Origin: an uncultured Pirellulaceae bacterium
GTDB lineage: Bacteria; Planctomycetota; Planctomycetia; Pirellulales; Pirellulaceae
DNA: 64,000 bases
Direction of reading: 5' to 3'
Assembly (NCBI GenBank): GCA_937944405.1
Contig: CALDYR010000042.1
Span: 3,107-67,106, forward strand
The position numbers and the translations under genes were made by a program. The notes below the pieces were generated by a model, which worked only from the letters and a program-made list of their open reading frames with translations, did no database searches and was not told the origin of the DNA. How positions within the stretch are numbered: the first letter of the stretch is position 1; the number at the start of each line of letters is the position of its first letter. Positions 10,378 through 19,543 of the stretch are shown here, one piece after another.

Positions 10378-11574
10378 TCATCCCTTTTTCAAAACCGTAC
10401 GCAATCGCCGCACCACCCTTTGGGTTAACGGAAGCATTTGGACCGCTTGGCGGGCGATGCCGGGACGTAAACTCAATATCGCGTTTTGAAACGCAAGTCG
10501 CTGTCCCCAGATTCGGTTGATCGATGAACTGCTATTGGCAGTGCATGAATCTCCCGTTTTGACTCCATCTCGATGCAGATAGTCCAAGTTTTTCGCCTCT
10601 ACCTGCGTTCCAGGTGAATACGCTGAAAACTGGTCGTCGTAGGCCGTTTTATAAGAGCACACGTAATCTCCTGAGCGAATATCGGAGATCATCGCGATAC
10701 GACGTCCATCGAGCATCAAACTTAAAAACCTTACCTTTCCAGCGGCAGCACTTTCGCTGATAAGGCTTCGGTAAAACGCGCGCGTGTCGTCGGCACACCC
10801 CAAGGCGGTTCCTGACTCCCCCTTCCAACCGGAGGCTTCAATGGCCATGAAGTCTTCGGCAAGCTGTTGAAAGTCACTGTTTTCATCGGTTGATTCCCAA
10901 GTCACTTCTCCCTGACCGCTCAGTCGCCGCAATAATCGGCGAAGCTTCTTCTGCAGGCTTTTAGAAACGTTATTTTGAAGGTATAGCTCCGACGACGGTT
11001 CTGCCACAAACGCGGCGCGTTGAAAATGATCGCGCTGAAATCGAAGGATGTTCCGTTGCTGCTCAACGGTCTTCAAAACAGAATCGAATTGTGGTTCGGC
11101 GACGACGGTGTCAAGGCTGAGGATGGCGTACTGCGATTCCAGCAAGGCCTCGCAAATCTTCGCCCAAGCGGCAACTCCATGCGTTTTACACAACAAAGGC
11201 GTTGCATCAAAACACTGGTCGTGCTTCCAGACTTCGGCTGTTTTAAACGGTAATCGAAAGACGCTTTTGGTTTCAATGGGGACAACCGCAACCAAGTTTT
11301 TCTCGGGTGCTGCGGCTACATTTTCAACCACCAACAACCGTACTGAATCGTTTCCTAGGTGCTCCAATGCGGGGATCAAATAGTTCGGTTCCAAAGCAAC
11401 GTTTCGCCACAGCGGTGAATCCGCCAGACGGTTCCAAGCAGGTTCAAGGGATCGGAGTTCGGCGTTATCAACCCATCTGCTTTTGAACTCTGGAGTTACA
11501 TCGGTCTGCTCAGGTGCGTTAACAACTACAGGGAATTCAGCCACAAAAGGACTTGCAAGATTCGCTTCGTACAT
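10378..11574 (-). CDS. GNAT-family (CelD/BcsL, Acetyltransf_6-like) protein
   Basis: KKLRRLLRRL..WKG..G..LMLDGRRIA..YKTAYDDQFSAYSPG pattern. ATG at 11574 is preferred over the ORF start at 11706. Confidence 0.8.
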   Translation of the reverse strand: MYEANLASPFVAEFPVVVNAPEQTDVTPEFKSRWVDNAELRSLEPAWNRLADSPLWRNVALEPNYLIPALEHLGNDSVRLLVVENVAAAPEKNLVAVVPIETKSVFRLPFKTAEVWKHDQCFDATPLLCKTHGVAAWAKICEALLESQYAILSLDTVVAEPQFDSVLKTVEQQRNILRFQRDHFQRAAFVAEPSSELYLQNNVSKSLQKKLRRLLRRLSGQGEVTWESTDENSDFQQLAEDFMAIEASGWKGESGTALGCADDTRAFYRSLISESAAAGKVRFLSLMLDGRRIAMISDIRSGDYVCSYKTAYDDQFSAYSPGTQVEAKNLDYLHRDGVKTGDSCTANSSSSINRIWGQRLAFQNAILSLRPGIARQAVQMLPLTQRVVRRLRTVLKKG

Positions 11575-11955
11575 TTGCCCAATTTTCTCTCTGCGACTCG
11601 TTCTATTAACCAACTCGGTACGGAGATATCGAAGAGCCTTAACAAATAAAAATAGATAAAAGGTCCAACAAGGGACTCTGCAAATTTCCGAGTTGCCAGA
11701 GACCAAGTTTATTCAATCAAAACTAGGTTAAGATTTACGGACAAAAGGTAACATCTGCGGCCAAAGCTGGATTTTTCTCTTTTTCCCACCCCCACGCATT
11801 GAGACAAAGCTGAAAATTTCTCTGTGAGTAAACCCGAACCGCACGTTTTGGCAGAAAATTCGTGGTTTCAATCGACATCGGAATTCGATAATAGTAGAAG
11901 AACCTCCATTGGTACAAACCTGTCCGTTACCCTCCGTTTAACCCGCAGAACTGTG

Positions 11956-13056
11956 ATGACCGATTATCGAAAAAGTTTGCTAAAAATTGCGATAGGGCTA
12001 GGAACTGCTATAGGAATGGCCGTTGGTTTCAACGCTCGCGCGTTAGCGTTTCAATCAGGAAGCAGTAACGGCGCTTCGGCGGCCGGTTCTGGAAGCCGAA
12101 GCGCCGCGGAGATCTTAGCGGCACCTTCGTGGGAAATACCGCAGCCATCTTTTTCGTCACCTCAAGCTGATTGGATCAGCCCACACGAAATCTCGGTTCC
12201 ACAACCAAGTTCGCCGGCTGGACAAACAGGCGCTGTTTCCCAAAGTACGTCCCCTGGCATCCCCGAATCGGCGTTGGTCGATCCGGTGTTCGCGATTAGT
12301 GACCCCATGTCCATTGATGCCATTGATCACTCGCCATGGAATTGTTTTCTGGCACGGTACTTGATTACCGACAGTTTCGGAGTCAATCGCTTGCAATATC
12401 AGCGCGTCTCGCAAGCCGATCGCGCCGCGCTCAAAACTTACTTGAATCACCTTCAAGCCATCGACACGCGTACCCTAAACCGCGACCAGCAATTGGCATT
12501 TTGGTTTAACCTTTATAACGCGCGGACCGCCGATGTGGTTTTGGATAACTACCCCATTCGTTCGGTGCGGCAAATCAAGACGAAGCTTACCGATTTCGTT
12601 GGCCCCTTCGACGACCCGGCTGCGGTGACGGTACTGGGCATCGCGCTTTCGCTGAACCAAATTGAAAGCGGAATCGTACGGCCGGTTTGGAAAGACCCAC
12701 GCATCCATTACGCGCTGAATTGTGCTTCGCTTGGCTGCCCTAATTTATCGCCAACCGCGTGGACGGCGGAGCTGATTGAAGGGCGCCTTAACGCTGCAGC
12801 GTACGCTTATATTAACTCCGATCGTGGGTTGCAATACGGTTCACGGGGCGTTCGCACATCGAAAATATTTAAATGGTATAAAAACGACTTCGGTGGCACC
12901 GACGCAGCACTGCTGAATCACTTTCGGCAGTATGCAAGCCCAACCACTTTGGAAAAGCTCCGATGCCAGCAAAAAATCAGTGGCCATTTTTACGATTGGT
13001 CGCTCAACGACGCGCGGATCACTCGACGCCGTTTACTGGAACCCATCATCCGCTAA
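11956..13056 (+). CDS. Secreted DUF547 domain protein
   Basis: Signal peptide, Ser/Pro-rich linker, then QQLAFWFNLYNA..DPRIHYALNCASLGCPNL..SKIFKWYKNDFG. ATG 11956 is preferred over ORF start 11824. Confidence 0.85.
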   Translation: MTDYRKSLLKIAIGLGTAIGMAVGFNARALAFQSGSSNGASAAGSGSRSAAEILAAPSWEIPQPSFSSPQADWISPHEISVPQPSSPAGQTGAVSQSTSPGIPESALVDPVFAISDPMSIDAIDHSPWNCFLARYLITDSFGVNRLQYQRVSQADRAALKTYLNHLQAIDTRTLNRDQQLAFWFNLYNARTADVVLDNYPIRSVRQIKTKLTDFVGPFDDPAAVTVLGIALSLNQIESGIVRPVWKDPRIHYALNCASLGCPNLSPTAWTAELIEGRLNAAAYAYINSDRGLQYGSRGVRTSKIFKWYKNDFGGTDAALLNHFRQYASPTTLEKLRCQQKISGHFYDWSLNDARITRRRLLEPIIR

Positions 13057-13104
13057 ATGGGACGCGATTGGCGCCGATGACTACTCAAACCTCTCCCCTT
13101 CAGT

Positions 13105-14589
13105 TTGACAAACATGACGCAACTTCCTATCTACAAACCGCCGGTGGTTGATGATTTCGCCAGCATGTCGTCCGAAGTAACAGGTGACACCAACGACAGC
13201 GCGTTGGTCGATTACGGTGTAGGACAGTTTATCAAATCCACGACCAGCATTTGCCCTGTCTGTTTGGTGAAAGTCGACGCGTCCGTTTACGAGCGTCACG
13301 GCGCGGTCTACATGGACAAACAGTGCCAACAGCACGGACGCTACTCAGCGATGCTGGCCTCGGAACGTCGGCACTATTACGTCGCCGATCCTGAAATAGA
13401 ATCGGTGGCATGTTGCTGCGGACCCAACCAGCACTGTGGCGATCAAGTCGCAAACCATAGCTGCAACATGTTGTTAGAGATCACGCAAAGTTGCAATTTG
13501 ACGTGTCCAACGTGTTACGCCGGGTCTTCTCCACAAAACAAATCGTTCATGTCAATCGAAACATTTACGCAAACGTTGGACGGTTTGCTGGAAAAAGGGA
13601 AGGGGGATGCTGACCTGATTCAGCTTTCCGGCGGCGAACCAACGATTCACCCCGATTTTTTCGAGATCCTTGAAATAGCATTGAATAAAGGCGTTAAACA
13701 GGTCTACATCAACACCAACGCGATCAAACTGTCGCGCCGCGCGTTTGCTCAACGGGTGGCCAGTTTCGGTGATCGCGTTTCGGTCTATTTGCAGTTTGAC
13801 GGTTTCAAAGCGTCGACTTATGAAAGCTTAAGAGGTCGATCGGATTTATTAGAAACCAAAACCCGCGCCGCTGACTACTGTGAAGAATTTGGAATCAACA
13901 CCGTTCCAACGATGACGCTGACGCGCGAAATTAATGACGACGAAGTCGGTAAGTTTATCGATTGGGCCTCAGGACGCCCCCGGAGCGTTCGAAAAATAAT
14001 GATTCAACCTGCCATGTATTCCGGACGTTACGACAACCCGCGTTTAATCGAACGCATGACCGTCGCGGACGTGGTGAATAAAATATGTGCGCAAACCGGC
14101 GGAACCTTCACCCCAGAGGACTTTACACCGATCCCCTGTTCGGACCCCAACTGTTTTAGTCTTGGCGTTGCGGTGCGTGGGAAATCCGGACTGATGCCGA
14201 TTTCTCGTTACCTGCCGCGTTATGAAGATTGGGCCGCACCAGCCAATCGTCAGATGATCGCGGCCGTTTCAGACACCTTTGATAGTGCAAGTTCGTTCAC
14301 CGACATGATGGGCAAGGTCGTTGCGAGTGATGCGTTGACAAATCTTGATGACGCCGCGCTCGATGCGTTGTTAGATTTGGTCGAAGAACTTTCGGTAGAA
14401 AACTCCGCCAGCCACGATCCACAAAACTGGAACGGTATGTTTGCCATCGGCATCAAACCATTCATGGATGCTTACTCCTACGATCAGGATCGAATCGACA
14501 AATGCTGCGTGCATATTATTGCGGCCGACGGCACACCGGTTTCATTTTGCCAATACAACGCAATCAACCGACCAACAGGCAACCTTTAG
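13105..14589 (+). CDS. Radical SAM protein of the Tes/GDGT-MAS (MJ0619-like) family
   Basis: N-terminal TTSICPVC-x20-CQQHG metal site, CNLTCPTC radical SAM motif, SGGEPTIHP, PIPCSDPNC, and C-terminal FMDAYSYDQDRIDKCCVH..SFCQYN. Start may be ATG 13114. Confidence 0.85.
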   Translation: MTNMTQLPIYKPPVVDDFASMSSEVTGDTNDSALVDYGVGQFIKSTTSICPVCLVKVDASVYERHGAVYMDKQCQQHGRYSAMLASERRHYYVADPEIESVACCCGPNQHCGDQVANHSCNMLLEITQSCNLTCPTCYAGSSPQNKSFMSIETFTQTLDGLLEKGKGDADLIQLSGGEPTIHPDFFEILEIALNKGVKQVYINTNAIKLSRRAFAQRVASFGDRVSVYLQFDGFKASTYESLRGRSDLLETKTRAADYCEEFGINTVPTMTLTREINDDEVGKFIDWASGRPRSVRKIMIQPAMYSGRYDNPRLIERMTVADVVNKICAQTGGTFTPEDFTPIPCSDPNCFSLGVAVRGKSGLMPISRYLPRYEDWAAPANRQMIAAVSDTFDSASSFTDMMGKVVASDALTNLDDAALDALLDLVEELSVENSASHDPQNWNGMFAIGIKPFMDAYSYDQDRIDKCCVHIIAADGTPVSFCQYNAINRPTGNL

Positions 14590-14666
14590 TCGGTCTGGTC
14601 TGCCGCGTTTGCCGCAGATGATTCTTGTGAAATAGACCTTTCAACGCGCGAAGAAAACGAAGAATT

Positions 14667-15626
14667 ATGGCCAATTCAAACCCACCATCGGATTCTCTGG
14701 ACGCCGACAACGACGCCAACCCGGCAATGTGCTGTGCTAACTTTTACGAACAAGACATCGTCCAAGAACTGATGGGCGGAAGCTTCCACCCCGGTGGTGT
14801 TGATCTCTCGACGCGACTGGTGGAAAGCTTGTCCCTGCCTGCAGGCAGCAAGGTGCTTGATGTTGCCTGCGGAGTTGGAACCACCACCCGGCTGATGGCC
14901 GAAAAATTTGGATTGGTGGCAACGGGGTTGGACTACAGTTCGATTAACGTGCAAAAAGCAAAGTCTGCAGTCGCAACACAGCAACCGGCGGAAAATCCTG
15001 CCACCGAAGCACAGCCCTGCTGTGCTTCGGGTGAAGCGTGCTGCAGTGCCGACGAGGACGAACCATTGGCCAATCTCAATCGTTCTCTTACCGATTCTAA
15101 AAGCTTGACGCCGATCCACGGGGCCCCAACGTTTGTCCAAGGGTCGGCTGACGCGCTAGCGATGGACGCGGAATCTTTGGAGGGCGTGACTTGCGAGTGC
15201 GCGGTCAGCACCTTTGCCGATCAAGCCAAAGTTGCCAAAGAGTTCTTCCGTGTATTGAAACCCGGTGGGGTTTTCGGCATGACCGACATGGTCGTCGACG
15301 GGCAGCTACCGGATGATTTTGCCGAAAAAGCGGCACCATGGACGTGCGTTGCGCAGGCGTTGTCGATCAAAGGTTATCAAACACTGTTCGCGCAGGCTGG
15401 TTTTGAGATCCTCCACCACCAAGACCACTCTCATACGCTGGTGGAACTGGCGAGGGAGATGAAACGGAAACTGGTGATGGCTGGCATGGGACAGGCCCTC
15501 GGAGCGTTACCGGCTCTTGGGATGGATTTAAAGGAGATGCGCGCCATGCTCAATCAGTCAACCGAGCTGGTAAAATCCCAAACAATCCAGTACGCGCTGT
15601 TGGTGTTCCGAAAGCCACGAGGATAA
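14667..15626 (+). CDS. Class I SAM-dependent methyltransferase, ArsM-like, Cys-rich
   Basis: SFHPGG, VLDVACGVG (motif I), RVLKPGG; Cys in TCECAVS and PWTCVAQAL; CC pairs at the N-terminus and in an internal insertion. Confidence 0.85.
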   Translation: MANSNPPSDSLDADNDANPAMCCANFYEQDIVQELMGGSFHPGGVDLSTRLVESLSLPAGSKVLDVACGVGTTTRLMAEKFGLVATGLDYSSINVQKAKSAVATQQPAENPATEAQPCCASGEACCSADEDEPLANLNRSLTDSKSLTPIHGAPTFVQGSADALAMDAESLEGVTCECAVSTFADQAKVAKEFFRVLKPGGVFGMTDMVVDGQLPDDFAEKAAPWTCVAQALSIKGYQTLFAQAGFEILHHQDHSHTLVELAREMKRKLVMAGMGQALGALPALGMDLKEMRAMLNQSTELVKSQTIQYALLVFRKPRG

Positions 15627-15630
15627 TCCG

Positions 15631-17964
15631 TTGGATCGGCCAGTCGTATTTTGGCGCGAGAAGATCTTACTGCTTCTGTGGGTGCTGACGTTTCCGCCAG
15701 TGTTGTACATCTCTACACTACCCCCGCAACGGTTTCGCAGTGAAATCACCGAATGGGGCGACCGAGAATCAGTCGTATATTCTCAGTTCTCCGCATACCG
15801 TGAAAAATTTGGCCCCAATGAAGTGGTCATTCTCAGTTGGCCACAGTGCGATCTGTTTGACAGCCGCGTCGAAAAGGTTTGTACAAAAATCGAATCCCAA
15901 TGTGGTCATCTGGTTCGCGATGTTTCCAGTGGACAGAAAGCTTATCGGCTTCTCCGCCGGTATTCGGGGTTGAGTCCAGCCGATGCGGTGGAGCGTTTGA
16001 GAAATGTGTTCATTAGCGCATCGGGAGACGCAACGGCCGTTAGTTTTCACCTCACAGAGGCTGGACGTCTTGACCGCGGCGGCGTTCTTTCGCGTCTGGA
16101 TCAAATTTTAAAGTCCGAGAAAATTGATCCCCAATTGACCACCTATGCCGGGCTGGGGCACAATTTACATACGTTAAACCAAGAAGGCCTTGAGTCGCCT
16201 TTTCGGGTGGTCCCACAAATTATGCTGTTGGCGTTTGTACTGACCGTTGTGTTGGTGCGCAGCTTCTGGCTGGCTTTCTTCATCAATGCACTGGGGGCGT
16301 ATACGGGGTGTTTGTCCTTTAACATCGTCTGGTTGGCCGATGTTGATATGAACGCGATTATTTGGCCGTTGCCAACGTTGACGATGCTGTTGACGGTGTC
16401 TGCAGCAATGCACTTTCTTAGCTACTACCGGAAATCGGCGGAATCACACCAACCGACCGCAGCCAATGTTTCTCCCGGAGAGGGCCTAAACGACCTAGCG
16501 CTGCGAGCACACCGCCGCACGATCGCCAGATCCGCATTGCGGGCTTCTGCGAAACCGATTTTTTGCTGCACGCTGACGACATCCATCGGGCTGTTATCGC
16601 TGCTCCTGAGTAGCAGCGCACCGGTGCAGCAGTTCGGAATGTTTGGCGCGTTATCGATCGCTGCAGCCAACGTGCTGTTATTGGTTTGGTTCCCTCCATT
16701 TTTGACGGTGATTGGACACGCCGATCGGATTGAAAAACATATCGACAGTCAAAGTCCCTCCCAGAATCCCCATCCACTTCCCCCCCATTTACCCGACCGT
16801 TGGTGGCATTGGACAAGATTCACTCGCAATTACTGTCGGCTGATTTTCGCGGCGTGCCTGATATTACTTTTCACCGTCGCTTGGGGGATACCCAAAATCA
16901 CAACCGGCAGCGCGCTGAGCAATTTTTTTCCCGCTGGCCATCGAGTGCTTGATTCGGTGAGGAAGATGCAAACGCGCGTTGGACCTTTGAACGCTGTCGA
17001 ACTCTTGCTGACCTTCGATAATGTGAATCGGCATAACGATCGCACTAGAATTCGCGGGCTGCAAGTTTTGATGCATCACATTGAATCAACAACGGCATTT
17101 GAGTCGTGTACTTCAGCCGGAACTTTTGCTCCCCAGTTAGACCGGCATCCACAAGGCGTACGAAAAGCGATCCAGGATTCTCGTTTAAAACGTTTCAAAG
17201 AAGAAATCCACGGAAGCCTGTTACACAAAGACACTCATAATCGCCAAGAAACGTGGCGGGTTTCCTGCCGTTACTCCATTTTCAAAAACATTGATTTAAC
17301 CAAGCAAACTGAACAACTCAAACAGATCGTGGACACGGTATTCGCGCCCAACGGTCGATTGCTTTTTCCCGAAGAATCGCTAACGGTAACCACAACGGGC
17401 GAGTTTCTTCTGTTTGATGTTGTCGATCAACAGTTTTTATCGGAGCTACTGTGGGCTTACCTGACAGCCTTTCTCGCGATTGCCGTCGTCGTGTTGATCT
17501 TGCTGAAAAGCCTCAAAGCGGCGTTGATCGCGTTGCTGCCAAACCTATTTCCGGCGGTGGTAGTACTGGGCGGGGCAGGGTTATTAGGATATCCGCTTGA
17601 CGTTGCTTCGCTGATGACCGCGAGCGTCGCGTTGGGCATCGCGGTAGACGATACGATCCATTTTTTGTTATGGCATCAGGAAGTAGACCGGTCAAATCTA
17701 ACACAGCGGGAAACGATTGATCCGATCGATTCGGCGATGCGTTATTGCGGCCAAGCGATGATCCAAACCAGTCTGGTTATTGGCATCAGTATTTCGTTGT
17801 ACGCATTTTGTGGTTTTCTTCCGACTGTCAGATTCGGCATTTTGTTATCCGCGATGATGCTGGCCGCATTAATCGGTGACCTGTTGCTACTTCCTGCGTT
17901 GATGGCGATCTTTGGATCGCGTGAAGGCGACACCGCGCGACATGAAAGCGCTGATCAGCGTTAG
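15631..17964 (+). CDS. MMPL/RND-superfamily transporter
   Basis: Two repeats of TM1, a periplasmic loop and 5 TMs; GIAVDDTIHFL motif in the second half; starts 4 nt after the methyltransferase stop. Confidence 0.88.
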   Translation: MDRPVVFWREKILLLLWVLTFPPVLYISTLPPQRFRSEITEWGDRESVVYSQFSAYREKFGPNEVVILSWPQCDLFDSRVEKVCTKIESQCGHLVRDVSSGQKAYRLLRRYSGLSPADAVERLRNVFISASGDATAVSFHLTEAGRLDRGGVLSRLDQILKSEKIDPQLTTYAGLGHNLHTLNQEGLESPFRVVPQIMLLAFVLTVVLVRSFWLAFFINALGAYTGCLSFNIVWLADVDMNAIIWPLPTLTMLLTVSAAMHFLSYYRKSAESHQPTAANVSPGEGLNDLALRAHRRTIARSALRASAKPIFCCTLTTSIGLLSLLLSSSAPVQQFGMFGALSIAAANVLLLVWFPPFLTVIGHADRIEKHIDSQSPSQNPHPLPPHLPDRWWHWTRFTRNYCRLIFAACLILLFTVAWGIPKITTGSALSNFFPAGHRVLDSVRKMQTRVGPLNAVELLLTFDNVNRHNDRTRIRGLQVLMHHIESTTAFESCTSAGTFAPQLDRHPQGVRKAIQDSRLKRFKEEIHGSLLHKDTHNRQETWRVSCRYSIFKNIDLTKQTEQLKQIVDTVFAPNGRLLFPEESLTVTTTGEFLLFDVVDQQFLSELLWAYLTAFLAIAVVVLILLKSLKAALIALLPNLFPAVVVLGGAGLLGYPLDVASLMTASVALGIAVDDTIHFLLWHQEVDRSNLTQRETIDPIDSAMRYCGQAMIQTSLVIGISISLYAFCGFLPTVRFGILLSAMMLAALIGDLLLLPALMAIFGSREGDTARHESADQR

Positions 17965-18045
17965 CCAAAAGTATTTCATTGCACGCTTGATGCCCCGCGT
18001 TCAATCGCCGCCTCAGACGGATCGATACCCCCGCAACTACCGTTT

Positions 18046-19365
18046 TTACGGCAGGCTTGTGGGGATATGTTCAAGCTGTTGGGCGTAAAGAATCTTAAGG
18101 TCTTGGTAGCTGAGCCCGAACGAATCTTTCAAGCTTTCTTCCCCCGATTTTCCTTCTTTGATGCTTCGAAAGAAAGCACGAAACTGTCCGCCTTTGTCCC
18201 GTCGCAGCAGAATTTCCACCAAGGTTGAAGCCGAACCGTAGTAGTCAAATTCAATGCGCGGGGCCGTTAAAAAATCGCCCCACGTCCCGCTTTTTTTGAT
18301 CAGATTGGCCGACTTAATTTGCTTGCGTGGGACCGCATCGTTTTTCATGATGGCGTTGGCAATCCAATCTGACATGCCTTCGTTCAACCAAGACGGCGCT
18401 TGTGCACTTGATAAGTAACGATGGACAAATCCATGAGCCGTTTCGTGGATCAACACCGTTCCAAAATAGGTATCCGATTCCCCACGGTAGCCAGCAAACA
18501 GAACGCCACCATTGCTGGATTGGTGGCACAGCCCTGCGGTACCTTGGGCGGCTTCGTTATCCATGATAGCGGATTCAAATTCATAAAAATCCGACTTACG
18601 GCTGAACGCAAACACGAGACACTTTCCCACCCAAATGTTTTTGGTCGGCGGAATCCCAAACGCCACGCAAAGTTCACGGTACATCGTGTCCAAGGACACC
18701 AGATACCCATCGACTTGGGTGGACGTGAGGTCGGTGCAAACCGTGAAGAACTCAGTTTCAACAACACGAAAATCGAGTTTCGGAAAATGTGACTTTGTCT
18801 TTTCGATCTTCTCTTTCTGTCTGGTAAGCTGCCGTTTCGATGCTTCTGGGGTGACCGGTTGCCAGAGTCGATCGCGCGTCTTCTTTAATCGCGCGATGAC
18901 CTCATCGCGGTGTTTTAGCCGTTGCTTGCGTTTCTCTGGGCTGTGAATAAGTCCGCGTTGTTTTTTGTCAAATTCAACGTCTAAATGCTGGTCATCCAAG
19001 ATGATTTCGTCGATCTTGTTGGCGTTGATCTTGCGTTGTTTTCGCTCTTGTTTGAATTGGACTTTGATGTACTTCAATGTGCCGGGAGTAGTGCCTTCGA
19101 CGACTTGCGTAACTTTAAGAGGCCATTGCGCCGACCCATCGGTATAAACCACCTCCACGACCTTGTCTTGCAGCGCTAATAAGTCCGGCGGAGAATCCGT
19201 AGTCGAGGCACCCGTCTGGGCTGACACACTGACACACAAGACACTGACAGACAAAACATTGACACACAAAACAGTAAAACACAGCGCCAGAAAACGCAGG
19301 CGGTTCGATGCCAACACAGCAACGCAAAGAATCGATCCGTGGCACGGCATGGTCAACAAATCCAA
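18046..19365 (-). CDS. Secreted protein with a zincin/gluzincin-like metallopeptidase domain (DUF1570/peptidase MA-like)
   Basis: Signal-like N-terminus; VLIHETAHGF followed by SWLNEGMSDW (HExxH plus downstream E). Start uncertain. Confidence 0.7.
   Translation of the reverse strand: MDLLTMPCHGSILCVAVLASNRLRFLALCFTVLCVNVLSVSVLCVSVSAQTGASTTDSPPDLLALQDKVVEVVYTDGSAQWPLKVTQVVEGTTPGTLKYIKVQFKQERKQRKINANKIDEIILDDQHLDVEFDKKQRGLIHSPEKRKQRLKHRDEVIARLKKTRDRLWQPVTPEASKRQLTRQKEKIEKTKSHFPKLDFRVVETEFFTVCTDLTSTQVDGYLVSLDTMYRELCVAFGIPPTKNIWVGKCLVFAFSRKSDFYEFESAIMDNEAAQGTAGLCHQSSNGGVLFAGYRGESDTYFGTVLIHETAHGFVHRYLSSAQAPSWLNEGMSDWIANAIMKNDAVPRKQIKSANLIKKSGTWGDFLTAPRIEFDYYGSASTLVEILLRRDKGGQFRAFFRSIKEGKSGEESLKDSFGLSYQDLKILYAQQLEHIPTSLP
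19228..19272. repeat. Imperfect 15-bp tandem repeat x3 (VLxVx in a signal peptide)
   Basis: ACTGACACACAAGAC / ACTGACAGACAAAAC / ATTGACACACAAAAC. Confidence 0.75.
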
Positions 19366-19543
19366 AAACGGAAGCAGGAAAGGTTAAGCAGAGTTTTGAT
19401 GGTAATCAACTTTCGCGCCTTTTGAAACGGCGCTCCGATATCCTTGGGGCTAGGTTTCACAAACCGGTGCGCCACACGGTGTGTTAAGTTAGCTCCAAAA
19501 AGCATAAAATCACACGAAACCGGATCCTAATGCTCCTTTTACT

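Noticed and set aside
13105-14589. Identity as arsenosugar ArsS, or as a selenoprotein radical SAM
   Set aside because: The motifs match the Tes/MJ0619 architecture rather than ArsS. The ORF has no in-frame TGA and ends in TAG, so no Sec recoding is indicated.
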